The notes below the pieces were generated by a model, which saw nothing but the letters and a program-made list of their open reading frames with translations, made no database searches and had not been told where the DNA came from. From an uncultured Anaerolineaceae bacterium (GTDB taxonomy: Bacteria; Chloroflexota; Anaerolineae; Anaerolineales; UBA4823): a DNA stretch of 64,000 nt. A program made the translations under genes and the position numbers. The stretch spans positions 130-64,129 of the forward strand of contig CAZXPK010000002.1 in assembly GCA_964642565.1 (NCBI GenBank), read 5' to 3'. Numbering within the stretch: position 1 is the first letter of the stretch; each line of letters begins with the position of its first letter. This document shows, piece by piece, positions 26,651 to 38,037 of this stretch.

Positions 26651-28288
26651 CTATCTCCAATCGACCCGGCTGGTCAATCCGTCACCAGTTATTTGTTGAG
26701 CTGCACCTGATCCAGCATCGATTATCCATATATTTCCATTATAAATGAGTGCAATCGCATAATTGTTATCAGATCCCATGCTGACAGGTGACCAGACAAC
26801 GTGTTGTGGATCTAAACCCATTGCACCTTCTTCAGGGAATAAACTTTTTTGATTTGATCCATCTCGATCAATCATAAATAACCTATACTGGCTGGTCTCA
26901 CTTTGATCAGGGAAAATTGCTTGCAAGTAAGCCACGTAAAATGCTTTCTGAGCAGGTAAATCTCCCGAGACGCTATTGATCAAGTTACTTTTCTGATTAA
27001 TTGGAGAGGATACCGGGTAAGCAAACATACCGACATTTTTAACCAGATTAACCAATGAGCCACCCAATAAGGGAATTGCGACTAAATCGAACTCCTGCGA
27101 TTCATCTGAGCCATTATTCTCTGATGGTATATGATTGACCGCGTATACCACATTTCCATCCGGTGACCAGTCAGCTCCAGGTATCCATGCCCAATTTCCA
27201 CCCGTCTGATATGGTGCGATATTGAGAATTGAAGTCTGCGTTCCATCATGACTGTTGATTATTCCAATACCATCTGGACGTGTATATAAAAATCGGAGTT
27301 GGTCAGGTGCCCATGAAAATTCCGTACCCCACCATCCATATACACCTCCTGAGTTTGATTCTAGATCCATTCGCGGAGCGCCGATAAATCCACTTGCACT
27401 CACACCCATCTCGTATAAATCATTATTGGCTTGCCAACCAGGAGCCGTCTCGCGCCATTCTACTGTGGTGTAAGCTACAATATTAGAACCAGAATTAAAC
27501 TCGGCAAAATGAACTATATTTTTCACCCCCAGGTCGATGATTCTAGCTGGATCATATTTCAATGAGGCTAACCAGAGTGAATTGATGGTGTTTTCATCAC
27601 TCGAAAATCGGGAAAATAGAAGGTAATTTCCATCATTTGATAACGAGAATATGCGTCCATCAAGATCACCTATGGACACCACCAATCGGCGATTGCCTGT
27701 ATTATTTTCAATGATCCAGGCATTCCCTGCGGATAGATAAGCGATTTTGCCCGGTATTGCTACTGAAGCAAACGTTGATCTACTTCCAATCATCACCACT
27801 TCAGGAACGGCTTCGTTTAAAACAATCGATTTAACTACATTATTGGAAATCTCAACATTGTCTTCGAAAACACGGTGATAAGTGATTTCCTCCAAACCAT
27901 TTACCCCAGGCTGACTTAACCTTCTTTCACCCTCCGGTAAAGCTTCATTTCTCAATTCCTGGTGTTCAAACGGAATGATGACCTGTTCAATATAATATTC
28001 CTCCCTAACTCTAACTATTTTTACTTTAGTGCCATCGGATAGCACACTATATAAAGGAGGCTCAACCTTATCCAATTCGCCTAATCGGATATCAGCTGAA
28101 GTAAGTGCTTCCTGAACAGTGCTCCCGGAAGTTATGTTTATTTGAATGTCTCTATCGTCAGCGTTTAGACTAACTGTGATTAGCCCCTGTGTTACTCGAG
28201 GTGCTGAACATCCCCAAATTACAATGGATATATATAGAATAATAAAGGACCGTAGGAATCTAAAATTAGTCCGATGGTATAATCGCAA
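26651..28288 (-). CDS. Secreted/lipoprotein DUF348-G5 domain protein with C-terminal TolB-like beta-propeller
   Basis: 545 aa with a signal peptide carrying a Cys (IVIWGCS). A DUF348-like ubiquitin-fold segment is followed by a G5 domain (EHQELRNEALPEGERRLSQPGVNGLEEITYHRVFEDNVEISNNVVKSIVLNEAVPEVVMIGS). The remainder is repetitive Trp/Gly/Asp-rich propeller-like sequence. A TTG start is preceded by AGGTG. Confidence 0.7.
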   Translation of the reverse strand: MRLYHRTNFRFLRSFIILYISIVIWGCSAPRVTQGLITVSLNADDRDIQINITSGSTVQEALTSADIRLGELDKVEPPLYSVLSDGTKVKIVRVREEYYIEQVIIPFEHQELRNEALPEGERRLSQPGVNGLEEITYHRVFEDNVEISNNVVKSIVLNEAVPEVVMIGSRSTFASVAIPGKIAYLSAGNAWIIENNTGNRRLVVSIGDLDGRIFSLSNDGNYLLFSRFSSDENTINSLWLASLKYDPARIIDLGVKNIVHFAEFNSGSNIVAYTTVEWRETAPGWQANNDLYEMGVSASGFIGAPRMDLESNSGGVYGWWGTEFSWAPDQLRFLYTRPDGIGIINSHDGTQTSILNIAPYQTGGNWAWIPGADWSPDGNVVYAVNHIPSENNGSDESQEFDLVAIPLLGGSLVNLVKNVGMFAYPVSSPINQKSNLINSVSGDLPAQKAFYVAYLQAIFPDQSETSQYRLFMIDRDGSNQKSLFPEEGAMGLDPQHVVWSPVSMGSDNNYAIALIYNGNIWIIDAGSGAAQQITGDGLTSRVDWR

Positions 28289-28344
28289 AGTTCACCTATT
28301 TACTAATATTTATCTGACAATAGCCGGTATGATAACATTATAGC

Positions 28345-28929
28345 ATGTCCGACGAAGCCCTCCCAGAAACCAATTCTGAACAGATCATCGCCCGTTTAGA
28401 GGCGCTTCTCTTTGTCGCAGCAGGCGCAGTCCCTCTTTCCCAATTGGCAGCTGCGCTTGATTTGCCATTAAGGGTGGTCGAAAATCATATTGATATTCTT
28501 GAAACCAGACTGACCTCAGATTCGTATCTGCATGGTTTACGCCTTCAGCGGAATCACGGTCGGGTACAACTTACCACCTCACCGGAAAGCGCAGCTGATG
28601 TTGAGCGATTCCTGGGTTTGGAAGCTACGAGTAAGTTGAGTAGGCCAGCACTGGAGACCCTAGCTATCATTGCTTACCAACAACCTGTCACCCGACCTGA
28701 AATTGATGCTGTCAGAGGCGTCAGCTCAGATGGTGTGTTGAAAAGCCTACTCAGTAAAGGTTTGGTTCAGGAGGTCGGTCGGGCGGAACGACCGGGGCGA
28801 CCTATCATCTACACAACCACTTCCGACTTTTTGCAGTACTTCGGCCTGAATTCACTCGAAGAGCTGCCTCCGTTATCGATTGAGCTCAGTACGCCTCCAT
28901 CATCTCCGGACTATTCATCGGACTTATAG
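28345..28929 (+). CDS. scpB: Segregation and condensation protein B
   Basis: 194 aa with LEALLFVA, LSRPALETLAIIAYQQPVTRPEIDAVRGV and GRPIIYTTTSDFLQYFGL. Confidence 0.9.
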   Translation: MSDEALPETNSEQIIARLEALLFVAAGAVPLSQLAAALDLPLRVVENHIDILETRLTSDSYLHGLRLQRNHGRVQLTTSPESAADVERFLGLEATSKLSRPALETLAIIAYQQPVTRPEIDAVRGVSSDGVLKSLLSKGLVQEVGRAERPGRPIIYTTTSDFLQYFGLNSLEELPPLSIELSTPPSSPDYSSDL

Positions 28930-29057
28930 TCCCGATAATTTTGATTAATCCTCACACTGAGTGCTAATACTAAGAAATTTGTCAGAAAGATTTCCCCAAC
29001 AGTTAGTTTGAGAAATCTCTTAAAACACAACTAAATTACCAAGACCCTGATTCCCCT

Positions 29058-30272
29058 TTAGATATTACCCTTCCATTGCTGATATAAAGTCATAAATTTT
29101 TCCAACGTATTTTCATAATATTCTGAGCTTTTATAAGGCAAGGTAATCACCTTCTTCGCTGGCAGAACAACCGGATGGGTCGCAGCAAAATCGCTGATAA
29201 CCTTTGCATGCGGCTTAAAGGTTCCATCGGGTCGAACCAATCCAAAAAAACGCTCATGCCAGGATTCTGAACAAGGCGGTCTATCCCAGAGGCTTGGGTG
29301 ATAATCCGCAAAGCACCATGGTAATGCACCGATAACGCCTACGTCAACAAGCCTGGGCAAGACCGCAGCGAAATATTCAGCCAGGGCTTCCTCGGACGCC
29401 ATAAATTGCTTGGTCTCTCTTCCGTAACTAGTCCATTCCCATTCGAATGATTCCTTGCCTGGGGGTGCAGTACAACCACCAAATTCCTCCATCAATACGG
29501 GCTTCTCCGATATCGCAGCAGTTAATGCACACGTGAAGGGGACAAAGTCCGGATCCAACGGGTTTCCGGTTAATTCCGACATATACATCGGATAGGAATG
29601 CATGACAGCAAAATCGGTTTTGGAAAATATCTGGTCCAGGCGTAAGCCATTGTTGTATAGCAAGCTGGCTATATGTAAGCCACAAGTCACCGGGTGAGAT
29701 GGATCGACGTCTTTAATCGTCTTGACCAAATCGGACGCCCATTTTTCACCAATGACGTCACTGTGTGGTATGGCAAATAAATCCGGCTCATTGCCTAAAT
29801 TCCAGCACCAGATTGCTGGGTGGTCCTTCAGCAATTGGACGACTGTCCTTAATTGTAGTTTTTCTGCTTCGATCACCGATTCGTCTGAAAATGGATTTAG
29901 GTAACCACTGTTGACAATTTTACCGGCGCTTACCACTTGCCTGATATATTGTGGCTTTTCGCCGTGGAGCATCCAGCGGGGTACCCAACTTGGTCCGCTC
30001 ATATGACCGGCAAAGAAGGTCACATCCAACTTAAGATTGTGACTTGCTGCAATATCACATACGGTAATTAAATTATTAAGATTGCTAGCTGAAATCTCAT
30101 CAGGTGCAGGTTGAAAATCGTCCCATAATAAAAATATACGCACCACAGTAAGCCCAAGCTCGTGGATGATGGAAAACTCCTCCTGGACTTCACCGGCATC
30201 AAAATCAGACCACCAATACAGGCCTTTTTTCCTTGGCAAATAATTCAAACCTAATATAAAGGGCTGATTCAT
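29058..30272 (-). CDS. Clan GH-A glycoside hydrolase, GH5-like (no signal peptide)
   Basis: Carries VVRIFLLWDDFQP, the acid/base motif WNLGNEPD and the nucleophile region VLMEEFGG. The start is placed at ATG 30272, preceded by GGAGG. Confidence 0.75.
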   Translation of the reverse strand: MNQPFILGLNYLPRKKGLYWWSDFDAGEVQEEFSIIHELGLTVVRIFLLWDDFQPAPDEISASNLNNLITVCDIAASHNLKLDVTFFAGHMSGPSWVPRWMLHGEKPQYIRQVVSAGKIVNSGYLNPFSDESVIEAEKLQLRTVVQLLKDHPAIWCWNLGNEPDLFAIPHSDVIGEKWASDLVKTIKDVDPSHPVTCGLHIASLLYNNGLRLDQIFSKTDFAVMHSYPMYMSELTGNPLDPDFVPFTCALTAAISEKPVLMEEFGGCTAPPGKESFEWEWTSYGRETKQFMASEEALAEYFAAVLPRLVDVGVIGALPWCFADYHPSLWDRPPCSESWHERFFGLVRPDGTFKPHAKVISDFAATHPVVLPAKKVITLPYKSSEYYENTLEKFMTLYQQWKGNI

Positions 30273-30361
30273 AGAACCTCCAGGAATTTTGTACAATCTA
30301 TCACGTATAATTAGTAAATTATATAGGATTTTCCTTAAGTCTATTCTGGTATCTGTAGATC

Positions 30362-30736
30362 ATGCGAGGATCAGGCTTGGCAAGCATGCAGAATATTCCC
30401 GCCCTTCTACCCAACCCACGTAACCTGAAAATCACCGGCGAAATCTTTACGTTACGCGATGACCAGGTTAGTAATGAACAATCCAGTATCAACTCACTAC
30501 GACGCGATAAAGAACTCTTACTATGCGAATTTAATCTCACTGGTGACTTATTACGGCATGCGTGTATGCGAGGCGTTTATGGATTTGGCTCACCTGAATA
30601 TTCACCCAAATACCTGATAGATGATTTGGAAAAGATCATCGCTGAATATCAATTGGTCTGGTTGACCCGCAATCGGCCAGGCGGATTGAAGGACAATCTG
30701 GCATACTTCACTCCTACAAAAAAAGATTATCACTAA
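30362..30736 (+). CDS. Small hypothetical protein, possibly an internally deleted glycoside-hydrolase (GH20-like) remnant
   Basis: 124 aa. The N-terminus IPALLPNPRNLKITGEIFTL resembles the start of GH20 hexosaminidases (IIPxPxxxxxxxGxF). The rest is too short to hold any catalytic domain. It is the first ORF of the GH operon. Confidence 0.3.
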   Translation: MRGSGLASMQNIPALLPNPRNLKITGEIFTLRDDQVSNEQSSINSLRRDKELLLCEFNLTGDLLRHACMRGVYGFGSPEYSPKYLIDDLEKIIAEYQLVWLTRNRPGGLKDNLAYFTPTKKDYH

Positions 30737-30750
30737 AACCCGGAGAACTC

Positions 30751-32382
30751 ATGGAAGAACAAATACACAAATCCATCCCTGCCTGGCTTGAAGACGCAAT
30801 TTTTTACCAAATCTATCCTCAGACTTATTATGATTCGAATGGTGATGGCATTGGAGATATCCCTGGCATCATCGCCAAATTGGATTACATCCAATCCCTT
30901 GGTATTACAGCCTGTTGGTTGAACCCGTGCTTTGAATCACCTTTTCAGGATGCAGGCTATGACGTGGCCGATTATTACAAGGTTGCTCCACGTTATGGGA
31001 CGAACACTGATCTCAAACGACTATTTGATGAAGCCAATAAGAGAGGAATCCGGATACTGCTTGATCTTGTGCCAGGTCATACCTCAATTCAGCACCCTTG
31101 GTTCAAAGAGTCGTGCAAGCCGGAAAGAAACCAATATACTGATTATTACATCTGGACAGATTCTGCTTGGAAGTGGGAAGTACCTGGGTATAAGGTGGTG
31201 AGTGGATTTGCACAACGCAATGGTTGTTACATCACTAACTTTTTTTATTCCCAGCCAGCCTTGAATTATGGTTTTGCCTGTCCTGATCCATCTCAACCTT
31301 GGCAACAACCGGTGGATTCACCAGGTCCACAGCAAGTGCGCCAGGAGCTGAAAAATATCATGCGCTATTGGTTGGCGATGGGTGCCAGTGGATTCAGGGT
31401 GGATATGGCAGGATGGCTGGTGAAAGCTGATCCAGGGAGCCGTGAAACGATCAAACTATGGCAGGAAATCCGTGCCTGGCTGGACATAGAGTTTCCAGAT
31501 GCGTGTTTGGTTTCTGAGTGGGGACAGCCTTCCCTGGCTATCCCCGCAGGTTTTCATATGGATTTTTGCCTCCCCTTTGGTATGCCCGGTTATACCGCCC
31601 TCTTGAGAAAGCCATTTGATTCTGGTCCCGGATCCGACCCCTATGGCTTCAGCTTCTTTGATTCACATGGACATGGCAATATTATGGAATTCCTGAATGA
31701 TTATTTAAAGCATTATCAGAAGATTCATGAGAAGGGTCACATAGCCCTTCCCACAGGGAACCATGATATCAACCCTCGTTTGAGTAAAGGTCGCACGACC
31801 GATGATCTTGAGCTGGTGTTCATGTTTCTCTTGACCATGCCTGGAGTACCCTTCATATGGTATGGAGATGAGATTGGCATGCGCTCTTTCGATGATCTAG
31901 ACTCTAAAGAAGGAGGTTACAACCGCACCGGATCACGTACTCCAATGCAATGGTCCAATGCGGAAAATGCGGGTTTTTCAAGCGCTGAACCAAAAAAGTT
32001 ATATCTGCCAATAGACCCATCTCCGGATAGACCTACGGTGCTTCAACAGGAAAATGATCCTCATTCACTGCTTCACCGTGTACGAAAATTTGTGACTATA
32101 CGAAAAACCCATCCTGCTCTCCAGGCTTCAGCAACTTTCGAAATTCTTTTCGCTCAACCTGGCAAATACCCACTTGTCTATCAGAGATCAAATGGTGAGG
32201 GTGCCTTTATTATCGCGGTGAATCCATCTTCCTATACTGTTGTAGCTGAGATCCCTTCCCTTTCATCGGAATTTCCACAAACTGTTTATGGTACAGATGG
32301 AATATTCACCAATCAACGTGGCAATTGGATGATTACCCTTCCGGGTGTTTCCGGGGGGATTTATCAAATGGTTAAATCATGA
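30751..32382 (+). CDS. GH13 alpha-glucosidase / oligo-1,6-glucosidase-like enzyme
   Basis: 543 aa with FYQIYPQTYYDSNGDGIGDIPGI, DLVPGHTS, GFRVDMAG (nucleophile), VSEWG (acid/base) and TGNHD. Confidence 0.88.
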   Translation: MEEQIHKSIPAWLEDAIFYQIYPQTYYDSNGDGIGDIPGIIAKLDYIQSLGITACWLNPCFESPFQDAGYDVADYYKVAPRYGTNTDLKRLFDEANKRGIRILLDLVPGHTSIQHPWFKESCKPERNQYTDYYIWTDSAWKWEVPGYKVVSGFAQRNGCYITNFFYSQPALNYGFACPDPSQPWQQPVDSPGPQQVRQELKNIMRYWLAMGASGFRVDMAGWLVKADPGSRETIKLWQEIRAWLDIEFPDACLVSEWGQPSLAIPAGFHMDFCLPFGMPGYTALLRKPFDSGPGSDPYGFSFFDSHGHGNIMEFLNDYLKHYQKIHEKGHIALPTGNHDINPRLSKGRTTDDLELVFMFLLTMPGVPFIWYGDEIGMRSFDDLDSKEGGYNRTGSRTPMQWSNAENAGFSSAEPKKLYLPIDPSPDRPTVLQQENDPHSLLHRVRKFVTIRKTHPALQASATFEILFAQPGKYPLVYQRSNGEGAFIIAVNPSSYTVVAEIPSLSSEFPQTVYGTDGIFTNQRGNWMITLPGVSGGIYQMVKS

Positions 32383-32389
32383 CACACCT

Positions 32390-34147
32390 ATGATCACGTA
32401 TGCGTTAGATCAAATCCCGTTTTCCCAGCGAGGCTCATTTTTAACCATCACCTCACGGAACTCAAGTGGTTCTCCACGGCTGCTTTATAAAACATGTAGT
32501 GAGCGCATCCACAACCTTCACGACCTACCTTTCCCTGCGGATGAATTCTTTGAGCTCTCCCTGGTCAAAGATGGCCACGATGTCCCATATACCTGGCAGT
32601 CATATCCACACAGATTGGATCTAAATGGAGAAGCAGGAGAACAAGTTGTCCTGACTTTTGCAGATCATGATACTCTAATTTTCCAAGCAAAAAATGTTGG
32701 CTTGAGGTTACTGCCATCTAAGGTATTCCCTATTCAATATTCTCCAATTGTGGGTGAAATTTACCTCATTGACTGGTTTGCGCGTGGCATTCACATGTTT
32801 CGAGCAGATGAAAATTCATCTGCACAAGCAACGATTACCCCTATTGTCACTGGAATAGAAAAACACTGGGGGGAGTTTCCATGTACGATCACATACGAAC
32901 CAAAAGATGATATCTCCACCTTCCATGGTGCAATTCGTTTCTCACGTTATGAGACCTTCTGGAATCAGCCCATGCATGATTTTGACGAAGTCCTCTCATC
33001 CAACGAAATAGACTATGCTAAATGGTTGAGTAAATTACCGAGTGTCCCGGAGACTTATCAAATCCCTGCGGAAATCGCCTGGTTAATATTATGGAACTGT
33101 CAGGTACCCAAGGAAGGTGCCTTGACCCGTCCAAGTGTATATATAATCAAGTTTTGGATGAACGGTATTTGGGCATGGGATAACCTCTTTAATGCCATCG
33201 CGTTAATCAATGCTGATCATCAGCTTGCCTGGGATCAGCTATTGCTCTTTTTTAATTATCAGGATCCAAATGGCATGTTACCGGATGTGATTTCAGATTT
33301 GGAGCCTATTTATGGATTTACAAATCCTCCTCTGCATGGCTGGGCTATCCAGAAATTAGTGAGTAAGCTTGGTGTAAAAAAATCGCTTCCTTATCTTAAT
33401 TCGATCTATAAACCATTGAGCAAGCTAACCAACTGGTGGTATACCTATAGGGATTTTGACCAGGATGGTCTGCCTCAATATTTCCATGGCAACGACTCGG
33501 GGTGGGATAATTCTACAGTTTTTGACCAGGGCTACCCCGTTGAAGGCGCTGACCTGGCTGCCTACCTCGTCCTGCAATGTGAATGTCTGGCATTCATCGC
33601 AGAAACGATTGGTAGAAAGAAAGCGGCCGACCGATGGAGATCAAGGTCAGAAAAGCAGCTTGCAGATTTGCTCTCTCATTCAGTGAAAGATGACCATTTT
33701 TATTCGCCGCTAAGTGGAAATGAAGAAACTGAAGCCAGTCAAAGCCTAATCAATTACCTTCCTCTGATATTAGGTAAGCGCTTACCAAAACGGCTCCGGA
33801 ATACACTGATCACCGACCTTCGCCCTGGAGGTCCATTCCTGACCCAGTACGGATTGGCGTCAGAACCTCCCTCCAGCATAAAATATATGGCAGATGGATA
33901 TTGGAGGGGTCCAATTTGGGCTGCTTCGACGTATCTTATATTTGATGGATTAGTGGTATCAGGTGAATTAGGGCTAGCCCACCTGATCGCAGAGCGATTC
34001 TGTAATATGTGCCTTCAGGAGCCAGGTTTTTGGGAAAACTATGACGCTCTCTCAGGAAAAGGATTGCGATGCCCGGGATATTCATGGACTGCCTCGATAT
34101 TCTTACTGCTGGCTGAATGGCTCGAAAAATATAGCAAGGTGAAATAG
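32390..34147 (+). CDS. (alpha/alpha)6-barrel glycoside hydrolase, GH63-like (mannosylglycerate/glucosylglycerate-hydrolase-like)
   Basis: Carries HGWAIQKL, QDGLPQYFHGNDSGWDNS, YWRGPIWA and ENYDALSGKGLRCPGYSWTASIFLLL. The start is ambiguous: ATG 32390 was chosen, with an alternative GTG at 32345. Confidence 0.7.
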   Translation: MITYALDQIPFSQRGSFLTITSRNSSGSPRLLYKTCSERIHNLHDLPFPADEFFELSLVKDGHDVPYTWQSYPHRLDLNGEAGEQVVLTFADHDTLIFQAKNVGLRLLPSKVFPIQYSPIVGEIYLIDWFARGIHMFRADENSSAQATITPIVTGIEKHWGEFPCTITYEPKDDISTFHGAIRFSRYETFWNQPMHDFDEVLSSNEIDYAKWLSKLPSVPETYQIPAEIAWLILWNCQVPKEGALTRPSVYIIKFWMNGIWAWDNLFNAIALINADHQLAWDQLLLFFNYQDPNGMLPDVISDLEPIYGFTNPPLHGWAIQKLVSKLGVKKSLPYLNSIYKPLSKLTNWWYTYRDFDQDGLPQYFHGNDSGWDNSTVFDQGYPVEGADLAAYLVLQCECLAFIAETIGRKKAADRWRSRSEKQLADLLSHSVKDDHFYSPLSGNEETEASQSLINYLPLILGKRLPKRLRNTLITDLRPGGPFLTQYGLASEPPSSIKYMADGYWRGPIWAASTYLIFDGLVVSGELGLAHLIAERFCNMCLQEPGFWENYDALSGKGLRCPGYSWTASIFLLLAEWLEKYSKVK

Positions 34148-37300
<3,153 letters not shown>

Positions 37301-37325
37301 TCAATAACTTGCGGATGAACTCGAT

Positions 37326-37964
37326 ATGGAACCTATCACAGCTCAAATTTATTCAGATGTATTACGTGGTCAGCATAAAGATGTGACGATTCATGTCAAA
37401 TCTGCCCTCCAACAAGGCATTCCACCAACATCAATCATGAATGATGGCATGATCTCAGCCATGCAGGAAGTTGGAAGGCTGTTTGAAGCTGGCGAATACT
37501 ACGTGCCAGAAATGCTGGTAGCTGCAAGAGCGATGCAATCAGGTATGAGCATCCTTAAACCATACCTGGCAGGTAATGACGTCCACCCTGCGGGGAAAGT
37601 GGCTATTGGCACTGTCCAGGGTGATTATCATGATATTGGCAAAAACCTGGTCAAGATGATGCTTGAAGGGTCGGGGTTTGAGGTCATCGACCTGGGAGTG
37701 GATGTCGATCCAGCTACTTATATATCTGCAGTAAAAAAAGACCAGGTCGATATCCTTGCTATGTCAGCTTTAATAACTACTACCATGCAAAATATGAAAC
37801 CAGTCATTAATGCGTTGGAAGAATCTGGTTATCGCCAGCAGGTAAAGGTTTTGGTTGGTGGTGCCCCACTGACTGAAGAGTATGCACAACATATAGGTGC
37901 AGATGGATACGCACCAGACGCCAGTCGCGCAGTAACCATGGCAAAATTATTGCTTTCGAAGTAA
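37326..37964 (+). CDS. Methyltransferase-cognate corrinoid (B12-binding) protein, MtaC/MtbC family
   Basis: 212 aa with an N-terminal helical cap and a Rossmann B12 domain. It has the DxHxxG motif (GDYHDIGKN), SALITTTM and VGGAP, and is collinear with MtbC/MtaC. Confidence 0.85.
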   Translation: MEPITAQIYSDVLRGQHKDVTIHVKSALQQGIPPTSIMNDGMISAMQEVGRLFEAGEYYVPEMLVAARAMQSGMSILKPYLAGNDVHPAGKVAIGTVQGDYHDIGKNLVKMMLEGSGFEVIDLGVDVDPATYISAVKKDQVDILAMSALITTTMQNMKPVINALEESGYRQQVKVLVGGAPLTEEYAQHIGADGYAPDASRAVTMAKLLLSK

Positions 37965-38037
37965 CATTCAACTTCTATCGACGAGACAATCAAGCTAGAC
38001 CTGGGGAACATAACGCAATGGTAAGTGGAGAATTTAT

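Noticed and set aside
28986-29018. Weak hairpin AGATTTC/GAAATCT resembling the GATTTCTCA/TGAGAAATC hairpin at 215-239
   Set aside because: It has only a 7-bp AT-rich stem with a 17-nt loop. The similarity to the 5' repeat region is limited to about 8 nt, which is insufficient to call a repeat family.
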